DNA of 48,547 nt, filler included, from Jimgerdemannia flammicorona (Eukaryota): NCBI GenBank assembly GCA_003990765.1. It is 2 parts of 2 records of this genome, joined end to end, with 100 filler letters (N's around TTAATTAATTAA, not from the genome) between each part and the next. Parts side by side here need not be neighbours in the genome. Positions count along the whole stretch, not along the records: positions 24,325 to 48,547 come from RBNJ01001005.1; 1 more part is not named here. One strand, 5' to 3'. Shown here piece by piece: positions 24,225 through 35,706 of this stretch. How positions within the stretch are numbered: the stretch's first letter is position 1; every line of letters starts with the position of its first letter. Under the pieces are notes generated by a model. It did no database searches. It saw nothing but the letters and a program-made list of their open reading frames with translations, and was not told the DNA's origin. The translations under genes and the position numbers were made by a program.

Positions 24225-24324
24225 NNNNNNNNNNNNNNNNNNNNNNNNNNNNNNNNNNNNNNNNNNNNTTAATTAATTAANNNNNNNNNNNNNNNNNNNN
24301 NNNNNNNNNNNNNNNNNNNNNNNN
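24225..24324. other. Artificial contig linker (44 N + TTAATTAATTAA + 44 N)
   Basis: Exactly 100 bp with a palindromic six-frame stop cassette. Flanking contigs are 24,224 and 24,223 bp. Confidence 0.97.
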
Positions 24325-24401
<77 letters not shown>

Positions 24402-24645
24402 GAGAGGTATATCTAGAAAAGTGTTATAGGTAGTAATGGAGAGTCAGAGTTGATTGATACTAAAGAAAAGAGATATGAGGCAGAAGGTTGGAATTGGGTG
24501 AGAATATCTAGATAGCAAAGAGGTTGAGGTAAAAGGAGAGAGTGGGTTGGGGGATCCCAGGACCCTCTGGATCTGATTCCTTCTGAGCTGCTAGCTGCTG
24601 CTGTGGCATGAGGGCATTTTCATGTATTTAGATTTTAGTTAGGTG

Positions 24646-24682
<37 letters not shown>
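24325..24682 (+). mobile_element. Stacked retroelement 3' ends: poly(A), a 250-bp purine-rich CpG-free segment, then poly(A)
   Basis: Poly(A) at 24325-24397 and 24646-24682. The segment between has the same G/A-rich, CpG-free composition as the LINE in the left contig. Confidence 0.6.
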
Positions 24683-24683
<1 letters not shown>

Positions 24684-24899
24684 AAGTTAGCTGACACACT
24701 TGATGACTATTAATATGCACGGAGGGTCATCATTTTCGGGATCTGTTTACAACAGTGATAACCCCGACAGAGCAGAGTACTTTAGTAAGATAGATGAACG
24801 ACTATGTTATATACGTGAAGCATTTTGCAACCCATTCTTCAAATCCGGGATCTGTCTTCAATCACCACCACCCGACGATTCACAACGTCAGCAGCCCCG

Positions 24900-25790
24900 C
24901 TAAGACGATGTTTCCAGGTTCGATTAATCCCACAAACCGACTTGTAAGCCGAGGTGATATTTTGGAAGAGATGCAAGCATCGCAATGAGTCTTCTGGCCT
25001 CATGTCGATGGTAGCAAGGTAACTCTAGACGCGTTCCGAGGATGGCGAACGAAATTAAGGCCAAGTCTCGACAAAGATGAGATGCTGATTGGTCTCAAGA
25101 ACAAGCTGACTGCTGCTTCCGGATAACGTAGATATCATAGACAATATATTTATGCAACTGGCGGAACTGCTTCCTGTTGGTCATCAATATGGCGCTCTTA
25201 CATTGAAGCTGGAACGTCATTCATGGTATATCTGAAGTTGATTAAACAGCAATCTGATCTGTTTAATACAAATGGGGATGTTGCCACACCCAATAGATAC
25301 AAGGTGGCAGTCGAATTTGTCATAGAAAGCAAAATCCATTGGCAACGCAAATTCGTAGCGTGTTGGCGCTTCTTCAATCTGACACAATACCTGCATCCCT
25401 TTTCCAACGACAGCATAATTCCCTGGCGCTCTTTCGAGAACAAGCGAGCATACCTCTTCAGCCGGCTGACGATGTTCTATGGTGATGGGTATGCTTGTCA
25501 AGTTCATTTGTTCGGTGGACTACCTCAGCAGATACGGAATATAATAACGCCTGCAATCCACCGCTTGGTTCAAACCGTCGTTCGTGGTGCAATGGATAGT
25601 GACAAGAATCTGCAACTGTTGGAACACTCGTTGCCGCACTCAGCAGGGAAGTCGTCTCCAATGTCATCCTCAAATACGAAAGGCAAATGAAGTACACCTT
25701 CCTCACGCCCGACGCATTGTTGCGCAACTAAAATACCAGGATGAAATGGCCACAAAGTTCCAAGAACTTCCATGCGCCTCTGCCTAAATT
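24900..25790 (+). pseudogene. NB-ARC/winged-helix part of a fungal NLR-like (NB-ARC-TPR) gene
   Basis: LVSRGDILEEM (FVGR..L-like), FLLVIN (Walker B-like), SYIEAGTSF..YL, IHRLVQTVVR and HLPHA motifs in the expected order. Frameshifted; the P-loop is not recognisable. Confidence 0.6.
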
Positions 25791-25879
25791 TCTGCCAATG
25801 ATTCCAATATACCATCTCTACGAATTGGCTTGAAGGATTGTATACTTGTGATCTGTCCGATTTGGGTCTCAGGGACGCC

Positions 25880-26655
25880 CGTTGGTCCGTTGGTATAGCG
25901 GTCCCGCCTCGCCGTATATACTTGCCCCGACCTTTATAGAGCCCAGCCAGATTTAGCGTCGTTGCTCTGTCCGGATGTTCTGGTGCCAACACTTTTTTGC
26001 GCCTGTTGGTACAGCGGTTCTGCTGCCCTGCCCATTGTAAAGCACACCCAGATTTTTCAGAGTTGGGGCTGTGGCCGGGTGCTCTGGTCGCAGTGCTTTC
26101 TCGTGGATTGCCAGCGCCCGTTGTTACAGCGGCTTTGTCACGTCGTATATACTTGCTCTGTATCTCGTAGAGCCCAGTCAGCATTGTCGGTGTCCGGGTG
26201 CTCGGGTCCTAACACCTTCCTGACTGCCAGCGCCCGTTGGTACAGCGGCTCTTCCTCGTCTTAATTGCCCTGCCTTTCGTAGAGCTATCCAGAGTTCTGC
26301 TGTGTTCGGATGCTCTGGTTCTAACACTTTCTCGCTGATTGCCGGCGCCCGTTGGTACAGCGACTCTGCATTGGTATACTTTTCCTGCCTTTCGTAGAGA
26401 ATAGCCAGACCATTCAGAGTTGGTGCTGTTCTCGGATTCTCTAGTCCAGCGCCCGTTGGTCCAGCGCTCGTTGGTACAGCGGCTCTGCTTCGTCGTACTT
26501 CCCTTGTAGTTCGTAGACCTCATATTGGAGGGTATTACTTTGTTGGGGTGTTCCGTTCCAAGTATTACTTCCGATATGGACACCATCATCTGCGCGAATT
26601 CTTTGGTCCGTTGAAAAGTCCCACTATTCATCAAATACCACACTGTAGGCGTCAT
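25880..26655 (-). pseudogene. Kinesin-light-chain-type (42-aa) TPR array, frameshifted
   Basis: Repeated DNA unit (GCGCCCGTTGGTACAGCGG on +). Peptides ILGTEHP, VLGPEHPD and KVLAPEHPDRATTLNLAGLYKGRGKY. Confidence 0.85.
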
Positions 26656-27269
26656 TTATTACTCTGTTTCGCATGCGTTTCCGAAAAATTATGTATGGAT
26701 GGTGATTGTTTTCTGCACTTATTGTAAGAGGGAAGTTAGGGCTGGGTCAAATATTGTTATTCCGTTTTTGTATATACCTGGCATTCTAGTTTATTTTATA
26801 TCCTATCAGATCACTGATAATCGAATTCCAAGAAAACAATCAAAGGTCCACCTATTACTACAAACATCTCGCACCATACTTCTGCGGATCACCGAGTCAA
26901 GGTCTTCGCTGTAATTTAAAGATGTCTACCAAATCCGACCGCCACAACATGTATGGTGGGATTATTTAGGGACAACTACAATTTTTTTATAACATGCAGA
27001 TTGCAGTATCTAGCTCTCGGTCAAACTTCACACCGTGTCTGATCTGATTATGATGGTCGTTTCCGTTTTGAAGGGAGAAGAGGGCGAAGATGCCCAAAAA
27101 AAACCTATTAATCTCCCGATCCTGCCGCAGTTTTCCCATCTGAACTTGCACTCGAGCAGTTCGATCGGTTTCGGATTAGGACCCAACCGATCCGAGCTAT
27201 GCCCTTGCTCTCTTTTAGGGGGGGTTTTTTTTTTAGCCAAAAGCCTGGTGAAAAATGGGATAGAGCAGA

Positions 27270-27850
27270 ATTAATTCTTTATACTATCACATGCAAGGTG
27301 AATATGTTCAACTCAGATAGGACCATCCTAGTTATAGTGACTGAGGTTTTATCTGATATTTTTACTATTTTATATAAAATATATAATATATCTACAATAT
27401 TTTGTTAAGTTATTAAAGCTTAGGTTCACTCAAATAAATTCAAGACAATAGTAGTGTAATGCTATATTATAAAAAAATATAATATACAAGTTATCAAAAT
27501 TTTAATTTACATATATTAAACATTTACTATATCTTAGTGACATTTTTAACCTCAGTCTTATTTGACTCTTAATTAAAAATAGTTATACTATATCTTTGTA
27601 TTTAATAAAAATAAAATTAAATAAATACAGACTTAAATTTGAATTAATTCAAATTAACTCAAATAGTATCTAAGAAATTATAAAGAAATTCAGAGCACTA
27701 TATATTAAAAAATATAATATTATAATAGTTGTAAGAATATATTAAACATTTTTTAAACTATCTCTAAGCATTTTATCCAAATTGTATGAGAATAATAAAT
27801 TTTGATCAATTATATAATTCACAACATTTATAATAACCTATTTACTTATA
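27270..27850. mobile_element. AT-rich eroded TE remnant with a hAT-like TIR (ATTCAGAGCACTA ending at 27700)
   Basis: Abrupt AT-rich, CpG-free block. The reverse complement TAGTGCTCTGAAT matches the TIR family at 22075 and 23846. Confidence 0.45.
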
Positions 27851-27959
27851 TGGCAGTCATCATTTCGCTGCCATTAATTGAATGGAAGATGAGCAAATAC
27901 ACACAGATCGTCATCACGTAGCTTCACATAAATGCTCCGCACAATGCTTCACACAGTTC

Positions 27960-30296
27960 TGAGGTCGTGTTCAGATTCAGAGACTCGGCTAGAGGGTGTG
28001 TCCCCTCGTCGAAGCCGTTCACCAAACATGAACATAGGGTGGATGAGCCAACATGTACAGATCGTGTTTGATTCCATCACGCAGCTGTACACACCGTTCC
28101 GACATACCAAAGAGATTCAGCGTGGCCAAGGCTTTAGAGATTAGGCCAGGGCACATGCCCATTGTTGCTGATGTTGTTCACTAAACACGAACAGGGGATG
28201 GATGAGCGAACACGCACAGATCATGAGTTTGATTCCATCGCCCAGCTGCACGCAATGTTTCTCATATTCTGACATACAACAGAGATTCAGCGTGGTCAAG
28301 GTTGTGTTCTGCTTCAGAGATTCGGCTAGGGCACATACCCCCTTGTCGTTTATGCTGTTGACTGAAATATGAAAATGCAAACACGCACAGATTGTGGGCT
28401 GGATTCTATGGCGCAGCTACACGCAATATTTCACGCAGTTTTGAGGTCCAGCATAGTCAAGGTCGTGTTCTGCTTCAAAGATTGGGCTAGGGCGCGTGCC
28501 CCCTTGTCTCCGATGCTGTTCGCTGAGCATAAGCAGAGGATGGATGAGCGAACAGGCACAGATCGTGAGCTATAATAATTCACATAGTTCTGACATACTG
28601 CAGAGATTCAGCGTGGTCGAGGTCGTGTTCTGATTAAGAGACTCGGCTAGGGTGCGTGCCCCCTCATCGTGAACGGGGATAGAGGAGCAAACATGCACAG
28701 ATCGTGAGCTTGATTAGATCGCGCAGCTGAACACAATGCTCTGACATACAAAAAAGATCCAGCGTGGCCAAGGTTGTGTTCTGCTTCAGAGACTCGGCTA
28801 GGGCGCATGCCTCCTCGCCGCTGATCCTGTTCGCTAAACATAAACAGGAGATGGATGGGCGAACACGCCTAGATTGTGAGATTGATTCCATCACATTCTG
28901 CTTGAGGGACTCGGCTAGGGCGCGTACCCCTTCGTCTCCGATGCTATTATCTGAACGTGAACAGGATATGAATGACCGAACACGCACAGATCATTAGCTC
29001 GCAGCTGCACACAATACCTTACACAGTTCTGACATACGTCCGAGATCTGGCGTGGTCAAAATCATGTTATGTCTCTAGGGCACATGCTGAAAATAAACTG
29101 GTGATGGATAAGCAAACACGTACATATCGTGAGCTTGATTCCGTCACACAGCTGCACACAATTATTCACACAGTTCTGGCATACCTTGGAGTTTCAGCGT
29201 GGTCAAGGTCATGTTCTGCCTCAGCGACTCGGCTAGGGAACTTGCCCCTTCGTGGTCGATGCTGTTGTCTGAACATGAACAGGGGATGGATGAGCGAACA
29301 GGTACAAATCGTGAACTTGATTACGTCGCGGAGCTGTATACAATACTTCACACAGTTCCAACATACCTCTGAGATTCAGTATGGCCAAGGCCATGTTCTG
29401 CTTCAGAAACCCGGCTATGGTACGTGCCCTCTTTATGGCTGATGCTGTTGTTTGAACATGGATGAGTATTACGAGCTTGATTTCCATCGCGCAGCTGCAC
29501 ACAATGCTTCACACAGTTCCAGCATACTTTCGAGATCCAGCATAGCCAAGGTCGTGTTCTGCTTCGGAAATTGGGCTAGGAACATGCCCCCTTGTCATCG
29601 ATCCTGTTCCCTGAACATGAGCTGGGATGGATGAGCAAACACGCACACAGATTATGGGCTTGATTCCACCGCGCAACTACACGCAATATTTCACGCAGTT
29701 CGATATACTTTTGAGATCCAGCATAGTAAAGGTCTTGTTCTGCTTCAAAGATTGGGCTAGGGCGCGTGCCCACTCGTCGCTGAAGCTGTTCGCTGAACAT
29801 AAACAGGGAATGGATGAGCGAACACGCACAGATTGTGAGTTTGATTCCATCGTGCAGCTGCACACAATTATTCATATAGCTCCGATATACTGCAGAGATT
29901 CAGCGTGGTCAAGGTCGTGTTCTGCTTCAGAGACTCGGCTAGGGCGCATGCCCCTCGTCGCTGATGCTGTTATCTGAACATGAATAGAGATGGATGAGCG
30001 AACACGCACATATCGTGAGCTTGATTCCATCGCACAGCTTCACATAATGTTTCACAAAGTTCTGACATACTTCCGATATTCAGCGTGGTCAATGTCGTGT
30101 TCTACTTCAGAGACTCGGTTAGAGCGCGTGCCTCATCGTGTTGTCTGATTATAAACAGGGGATGGATGAGTGAATGCGTGCAGATCATGAGCTTGATTCC
30201 ATCGCGCATCTTCACATGTTTCACGCAGTTCTAACATACATCGGAGATTCAGCGTGGTCAATGTCGTGTTCTGCCTCAGAGACTCAGCTAGAGCGA
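27960..30296 (-). repeat. Tandem array of about 15 [84-nt LRR exon + about 95-nt intron] units
   Basis: Exact 84-nt AG/GT-bounded exons at 28278-28361, 28750-28833, 29185-29268 and 29709-29792 encode N.I...GA.ALAESLKQNTTLTTL.L. The introns (GTATGT...GTTCAG) are themselves homologous. Confidence 0.92.
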
Positions 30297-31460
30297 CCAC
30301 GAGCAATTTCACGACCTCGGCGTGTCCAAATTCCGCGGCATTGTCCAGCGGCGAAAATCCCAAATTATCCTTGGCGTTGAGATCCGTCCCGAACTCGGCC
30401 ACGAGCAGCTTCACGACTTCGATGTCCCCTCCCTTCGCAGCCATGTGCAGCAGCGTCTGCCCGTCGAAGTTCTTGTTGAGGTCCGCTCAGAACTCAGCCA
30501 CGAGCAGCCTCACGACTTCGATGTACCCTCCCCTCGCAGACATGTGCAGCGGCGTCCATCCTTTGATGTTCTTGGCATTTGCGTCCGCCCCGAATACGGC
30601 TATGAACTCGACATGTCCATTTTCTGCGGCGCGGTGCACTAGCGTGTTACCTTGTCCTCTGTATTGGTTTTTGCATTGAATTCGAATACGAGTAGCTCGA
30701 ACACGTTAATGTGACCTTTTTCTGCAGCTAAGACCTCCCTCAGCTGCGCGATGTAACAACGGAAGAGAATGATCAAACTTGATCAACAGCGAAATTGTCC
30801 TGTTTTCCTTATAAAGTTTGGACTAGTACTTCATCCTGTCATTGTTCTTATTGACGCCATCGCCCCACCGATAGTAATTTGCAACCTTTTCTTGTGCTCC
30901 TTTGTCGCCTGCTTTTGCAGCCTTCAAGTGCCTTCTTTTTGTCCATGTCATTCTTCGTAACAAACAGCAATGGTTAGCTGCGCTTCTAAATGTCCATTCA
31001 TCGCAGTTTTAGTACATCACTCAATCTGCTTTTCTAAATCATTCGCAACGCCGAAGCCTACTCCACAACATAGTGCAATATAGAACTGTATCTCCAGATG
31101 TTGGTATACCAAATTTCAGTTCTGGGCTATACCGACGCGCACGGGCGGTCTCTTTCCCCGCTGCAAACCTTCTTCGACTATTTGGCATTTCGTCGCCGCA
31201 CTTGAAGAATTTTGGGTTTCGTGTCATCCGTGGGTGGACAAAAGTCTGTGCAACTTTATTCGTTCCCATGAGCTTAATTGCCATATGTGGTGTAAAAGCG
31301 AAGCATAAAAAATTTTCCCGATCGAGGCCAAAATCAGAATTGGGTGGACTAATTGAATACTCCTTCTCGGATTCATACTTTTTCGAGAGATGGAGCATGT
31401 GTGAGACAAGAGCTCCTTAAACGGCCGGGGTAAAATATGGAGAGATCGGCCATCTATTAT
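27960..31460 (-). pseudogene. Kinase-like / SEL1 / ankyrin / RI-type LRR multidomain gene (decayed)
   Basis: 5' to 3': DFGL and RYSPE kinase-like motifs (about 31330 and 31125); SEL1 repeat LKAAKAGDKGAQEKVANYYRWGDGVNKN (about 30845-30930); about 5 ankyrin repeats (GWTPLHMSARGG, GQTLLHMAAKGG, GFSPLDNAAEFGH; about 30297-30740); then LRR exons. In-frame stops at about 30488 and about 30824. The kinase call is the weakest part. Confidence 0.78.
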
Positions 31461-32408
31461 CAAGTAAAAAGTATATGTTGCTTACGCAAGAGAAGGAATG
31501 TCGGCAGTCATAATGGCTTTCGGGATTAGGACAACGAAAACTAATATTGTCTATTTGAATGCGGTGACTTGCAGGTCGTGATTAATCCCCTCACGCGATT
31601 GTTTTCTAGTCTGCTGTTCACTTGGTTGTTTATGAAAGCCTATTTTCTTTTTTCTGTTGAATCACGTGTACCGCGCGACATTCTTTTTATACCCAAACTA
31701 TGTTCTTAAAAGGGAAACAAAAAAGGGTGGCTGGGTGCCGTTAGCGCCCCTCCGCCCCCTGGCCCCCCTCTTCCCCTTTTTCTGTTGAATTACGGCGTAA
31801 TGCAGGAGTCATTCTTTTTATACCCAATCTGATTATATTTCCTTGTTTAGTTTGTTCTTGGGGCTGGGTGCCGTTGGCGGCCCCCCTTCTTTTTATTTTA
31901 TTTTAGTTTGTTCTTGAGGCTGGGTGCCGTTGGCGGTCCCCCCCTTCTTCCTTTTATTTTATACCCAAACTGGTTATCTTTCCTTGTTTGATATGCTCTT
32001 GTAGAAGGAAACAAAAGGGCAATTTTTTTCCTATAGGCTCCTCTTTCCTGATTTCCTTGCATCCTTCCTTGTACGACTTTTGTTGCTCCTGTCAGATTAC
32101 TCTTTAGCACATACGCATTGTATTTTCATGTCAACATAAAACCCGATGACGTCGGACGAAACCACGCCCTGCTTCACCTCGTCTTCGCTTTTATTCCGCA
32201 CCACAGTTTTTTATGGTTCATCACACTGGGTTTGTATATACAGGTTTGAAGCCCCCACATGCTTCCGAACCGAGGATATTCATTAAAATTAAAACCTCAC
32301 AATTAAAATCCAGTTCATAATTAATTAAGTGGAATACTATCAATACTATTTCTGTCCAGCAGCTTTGTATATACCCCATTTGGACAATGCCCCATTCGAC
32401 GATTCAGT

Positions 32409-34575
32409 TTATGTCCTTTTAGTCTGGAACCGGAGCTCGATGTTGTGAGCGTGGTAATAATGCTTCAACCAGCTTTGTAACGCTCCCAGGATCTCGACCT
32501 GGGCTTGTTTTACCGCACCGGGGACGGAAGGTCCGGTATCGAAGTCCTAAGATACGGGAGCCAAGTAAAACGGGACGTATGAAACATAAGCCCACTCAAT
32601 GCGGTCTCCTTCCACCTTTAACAAAGAAGCGCAACATACCCAGCGATGCACTGCCTGCGGAATAAGCACCAGCGGGGCAGTTGTCGTGCTTTCCCTCTTG
32701 GGCGCGTTGGGCGATTGCACGGAGAGTTCCCTCCACGGATCCCACTCTCCGTCGACCCAGATCGTGTGCGTGAGCTTCACATTCCAGCCGCCATACCTGC
32801 GGTTGAAATCCTCGACGTTCACCAAGGATGTGATGCTTTGTTCGCCGAAGGTGAGGTAGCACTGACGCTGGAACCAGTTGATGTCGAACTTGCGGGAAAG
32901 CAGCGATGTGTGACCCTTAGGGGCGGCATCCTGTGTTTAGGTGATGTAAATGAATGGAGTGAGAGAATGTTTCGATGTAACGAGACTTGATAGGTGAGCG
33001 CGGCGTGAGTTCAACCGTGGTCTTGCCTTCCAGTACCCGTATTCTGTACATGTCTGATAGGTCCACGCGCGGTGCGGCGAGGTCACGTCAGTGTACATCG
33101 ATGACTCCGGATTATGTGTGGTAAAGCACGCGTCGATGCCACCGGGAGGACAGTCGACCTCGACGATGAGCGCCTTAAGATATTCAGTGTATGTATCAAA
33201 ATACTCAGCGGGAGTGGTTGAGTTGTTGAAAATGGTGCAAAAGTCAACGAAGGGATTATCCCCGGGAATAATTTTTTGCCAGTTGCCGAGAGGGTAGCTG
33301 ATCACTAGTTGAGGAGAAAAAACCGGAAGTCAGCATGGGACGGGCGCTAAAATGACGGCCAAAAAGTCCATGAAATAAATTCATCACAACTTACAGCTCG
33401 CAAAGTCGTCATCATACTTCAACCCTGTCAACCCAAACTTCGCGTACAAGTTCGCCTTCGCATTCTCATCCTTGCCAAACAAGATCTGGTCTACTTGATC
33501 GACAGTCGAGACGATAGCGTCGATACATTTCTTCGGACCGTACCGTCGGATGGGTTCGAAGTACTGCCAGAAGTCGACGTTGGCCTCGACGGGCGCCGAG
33601 GACGGGACGGCGGCGAAGACGATCTCGGGGTACTTTTTGCGCATCCATGCGGCCAAATTGCCTGAGTAGGAGCCGCCATAAACAATCCAGGGGGTATGGG
33701 GCGCAGGCGGGAGGGTGAAGCTTAGGTTGGGGAACTGGCAGGAGATACAATGATTGGTACGGGAGAATGAGACGATTGGGTTTGGGGTATGGCGGCTCTT
33801 CGAATATGATGGTGGAAAATGTTACCTTGACCGTGCGGATGAAGTTAGCCATGTCCTCGAGGGCCTGGTCAGTATTGAGGAAGCGCAGGTTTTCGGTGGT
33901 GTAGTTCTATAAATAAAATTGGTGGAATTCTCAATCTCGCGGTATAAATAAAATAAAAATAAATAACAGCGGACCACTTACTGAGAATGGCGTCGATTCC
34001 CCATAATACCTATGTTCAATCACGACCACGATTCCGTGCAGTGACTGCGCTAAGTCGTGCATGGTCGAGTTTAGCACATAGCCGCCACGTTCGGTCGCAT
34101 CAGTCTCGCCCGCGTTGTAGACTGTTTTCATGGCGTAAATATGGGCAAGGATGTCAACGACGCTCGCCTCTTACACACCTGGAGGATAAGTCGAAGGAAA
34201 TTAGCTCACAGATCACGGGGCCATTCGTCTTGTAGTGGTTAGAGTTCACCCAGTACCGTTGCCGGAAGGTGGTCGTGTTGATGTGGAAGTGATCGAGCTT
34301 TTGGTCGAAATAGAAGGGTCCGAACTCGGCAGACTGGGTGAGCGACCGCCGCAGCTTGTGCCGGGAGTGGAAGGTCCTAGAATGAAAATGCAACAGCGCT
34401 GGCTTGTGAGAATCCCGGGTGGCATTCATACACAAGATATGCGGATGTTGATTACCTACTTTTGGTGCAAGATGCCCACTGCCCCAAACATTGCATCCGA
34501 ACCGAATCCAGAGGAGGGTGCGCACAGGCTCGCTAGGAACGTGGCAGCTAGGACGAAGGCGGTGATCGGTCTCAT
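32409..34575 (-). CDS. Secreted serine carboxypeptidase, family S28 (multi-exon)
   Basis: Signal peptide MRPITAFVLAATFLASLCAP. Motifs FDQKLDHF, FRQRYWVN, EHRYYGES, LRFLNTDQALEDMANF, catalytic GGSYSGNLAAWMRKKYP, YQTCTEYGYW, GEWDPW. Stop at 32409-32411. Short GT-AG introns. Confidence 0.93.
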
Positions 34576-35006
34576 ATGGTGATGTGGGAGCGCGGTAGAA
34601 GGAGAGAATTGGAGGAATGTCGGGCTTGTAGCTGGACTATTTAGATGCTAGATGGGCTGACAAGGTTAAACACCGATCAACGGCAAACTGAAATAGAACT
34701 CTATATCCGGGTCCCGTTGATCTGTATCTTAAGAGTGACTGGATGTGCTGCCCGCGGAAAATGAATGGTATGACGGAAATGTAAATGAGCCACGGCTGGC
34801 TGATCCTGCGTTAAATCGGGGAACGCAGTAAAGATAGAAGTACATGCGCCATGTATATGTCATAGCAGGGAGATAGTTATACAATAAGTTTGTGTTTCCC
34901 CACGGTTCATTGAATTGGTTGGATTAGGGATACCAGCATGGGTTGAGTTAGCTGCCAAACATGTACTGGCTGCATACCAGCCATACTTTTTCGATTGATA
35001 CCCAGC

Positions 35007-35108
35007 GAGTGCCCGAGTGTACGGAGTGCCCGAGTGTACGGAGTGCCCGAGCGTACGGAGTGCCCGAGTGTACGGAGTGCCCGAGCGTACGGAGTGCCCG
35101 AATGTACG
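35007..35108. repeat. 17-bp tandem repeat x6 (GAGTGCCCGAGTGTACG)
   Basis: Six contiguous units with single substitutions and no spacers. Confidence 0.95.
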
Positions 35109-35706
35109 TAGATGGGGATTTGGAAACCGTTCAGTAACCACCATCCATTTCCTCTCCGTTAGGTGGACGCACACTTAACATTCTAGCTATTTCAAACACG
35201 GCAAGGTTTACGATCTCGCCACATTAGTGGTTAGTGTATGTGGATCTGTCAGCGAGCGTGCGGTGTGGTCGCATAAGAATTCGAATAAGCTTCGGATTTG
35301 TTCTCAGAAGGGCACTCAGATCCTTCGAGAACAGGGAACAGAGATCTAAGATGGTTTTTATATACAATTAGGAAAATTAGTCACGGGTGTGCCTTTACCA
35401 GTGAGCTCCCGATAATCGGGATGACATTTTTTAACCTAATATTAAATTGCATTGCTTGTTCTCGGGCAAAAAGAGAATATTGATATATTGATTCAAGGGT
35501 GGCAAGGGTTAATGTGACTTACAGTATGGCTTCCCCTGGCGGAGATCCGGTTTAATCGGGCTTCCGAGAGGTGTAATTCAAGCGCAAAGCGAAAAATAGA
35601 CTGCCCACTATGGCGTCATCCTTCGTGAGCCAGCCATGTCACACATCTAGCACCTAGGTTCTATAAGTTTTATGTACAAATTACAAATACGGTCAAGCGA
35701 TCAACG

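Noticed and set aside
24269..24280. TTAATTAATTAA palindrome as a biological site
   Set aside because: Synthetic six-frame stop linker between N runs.
23846..27700. A single 3.9-kb hAT element capturing the NB-ARC/TPR gene (TIR-like ends at 23846 and 27700)
   Set aside because: The two ends lie on different contigs across an artificial linker and their flanks do not form a TSD.
27960..30296. CRISPR-like repeat/spacer array
   Set aside because: The 'spacers' are homologous GT-AG introns and the repeats encode LRRs; eukaryotic context with no cas genes.
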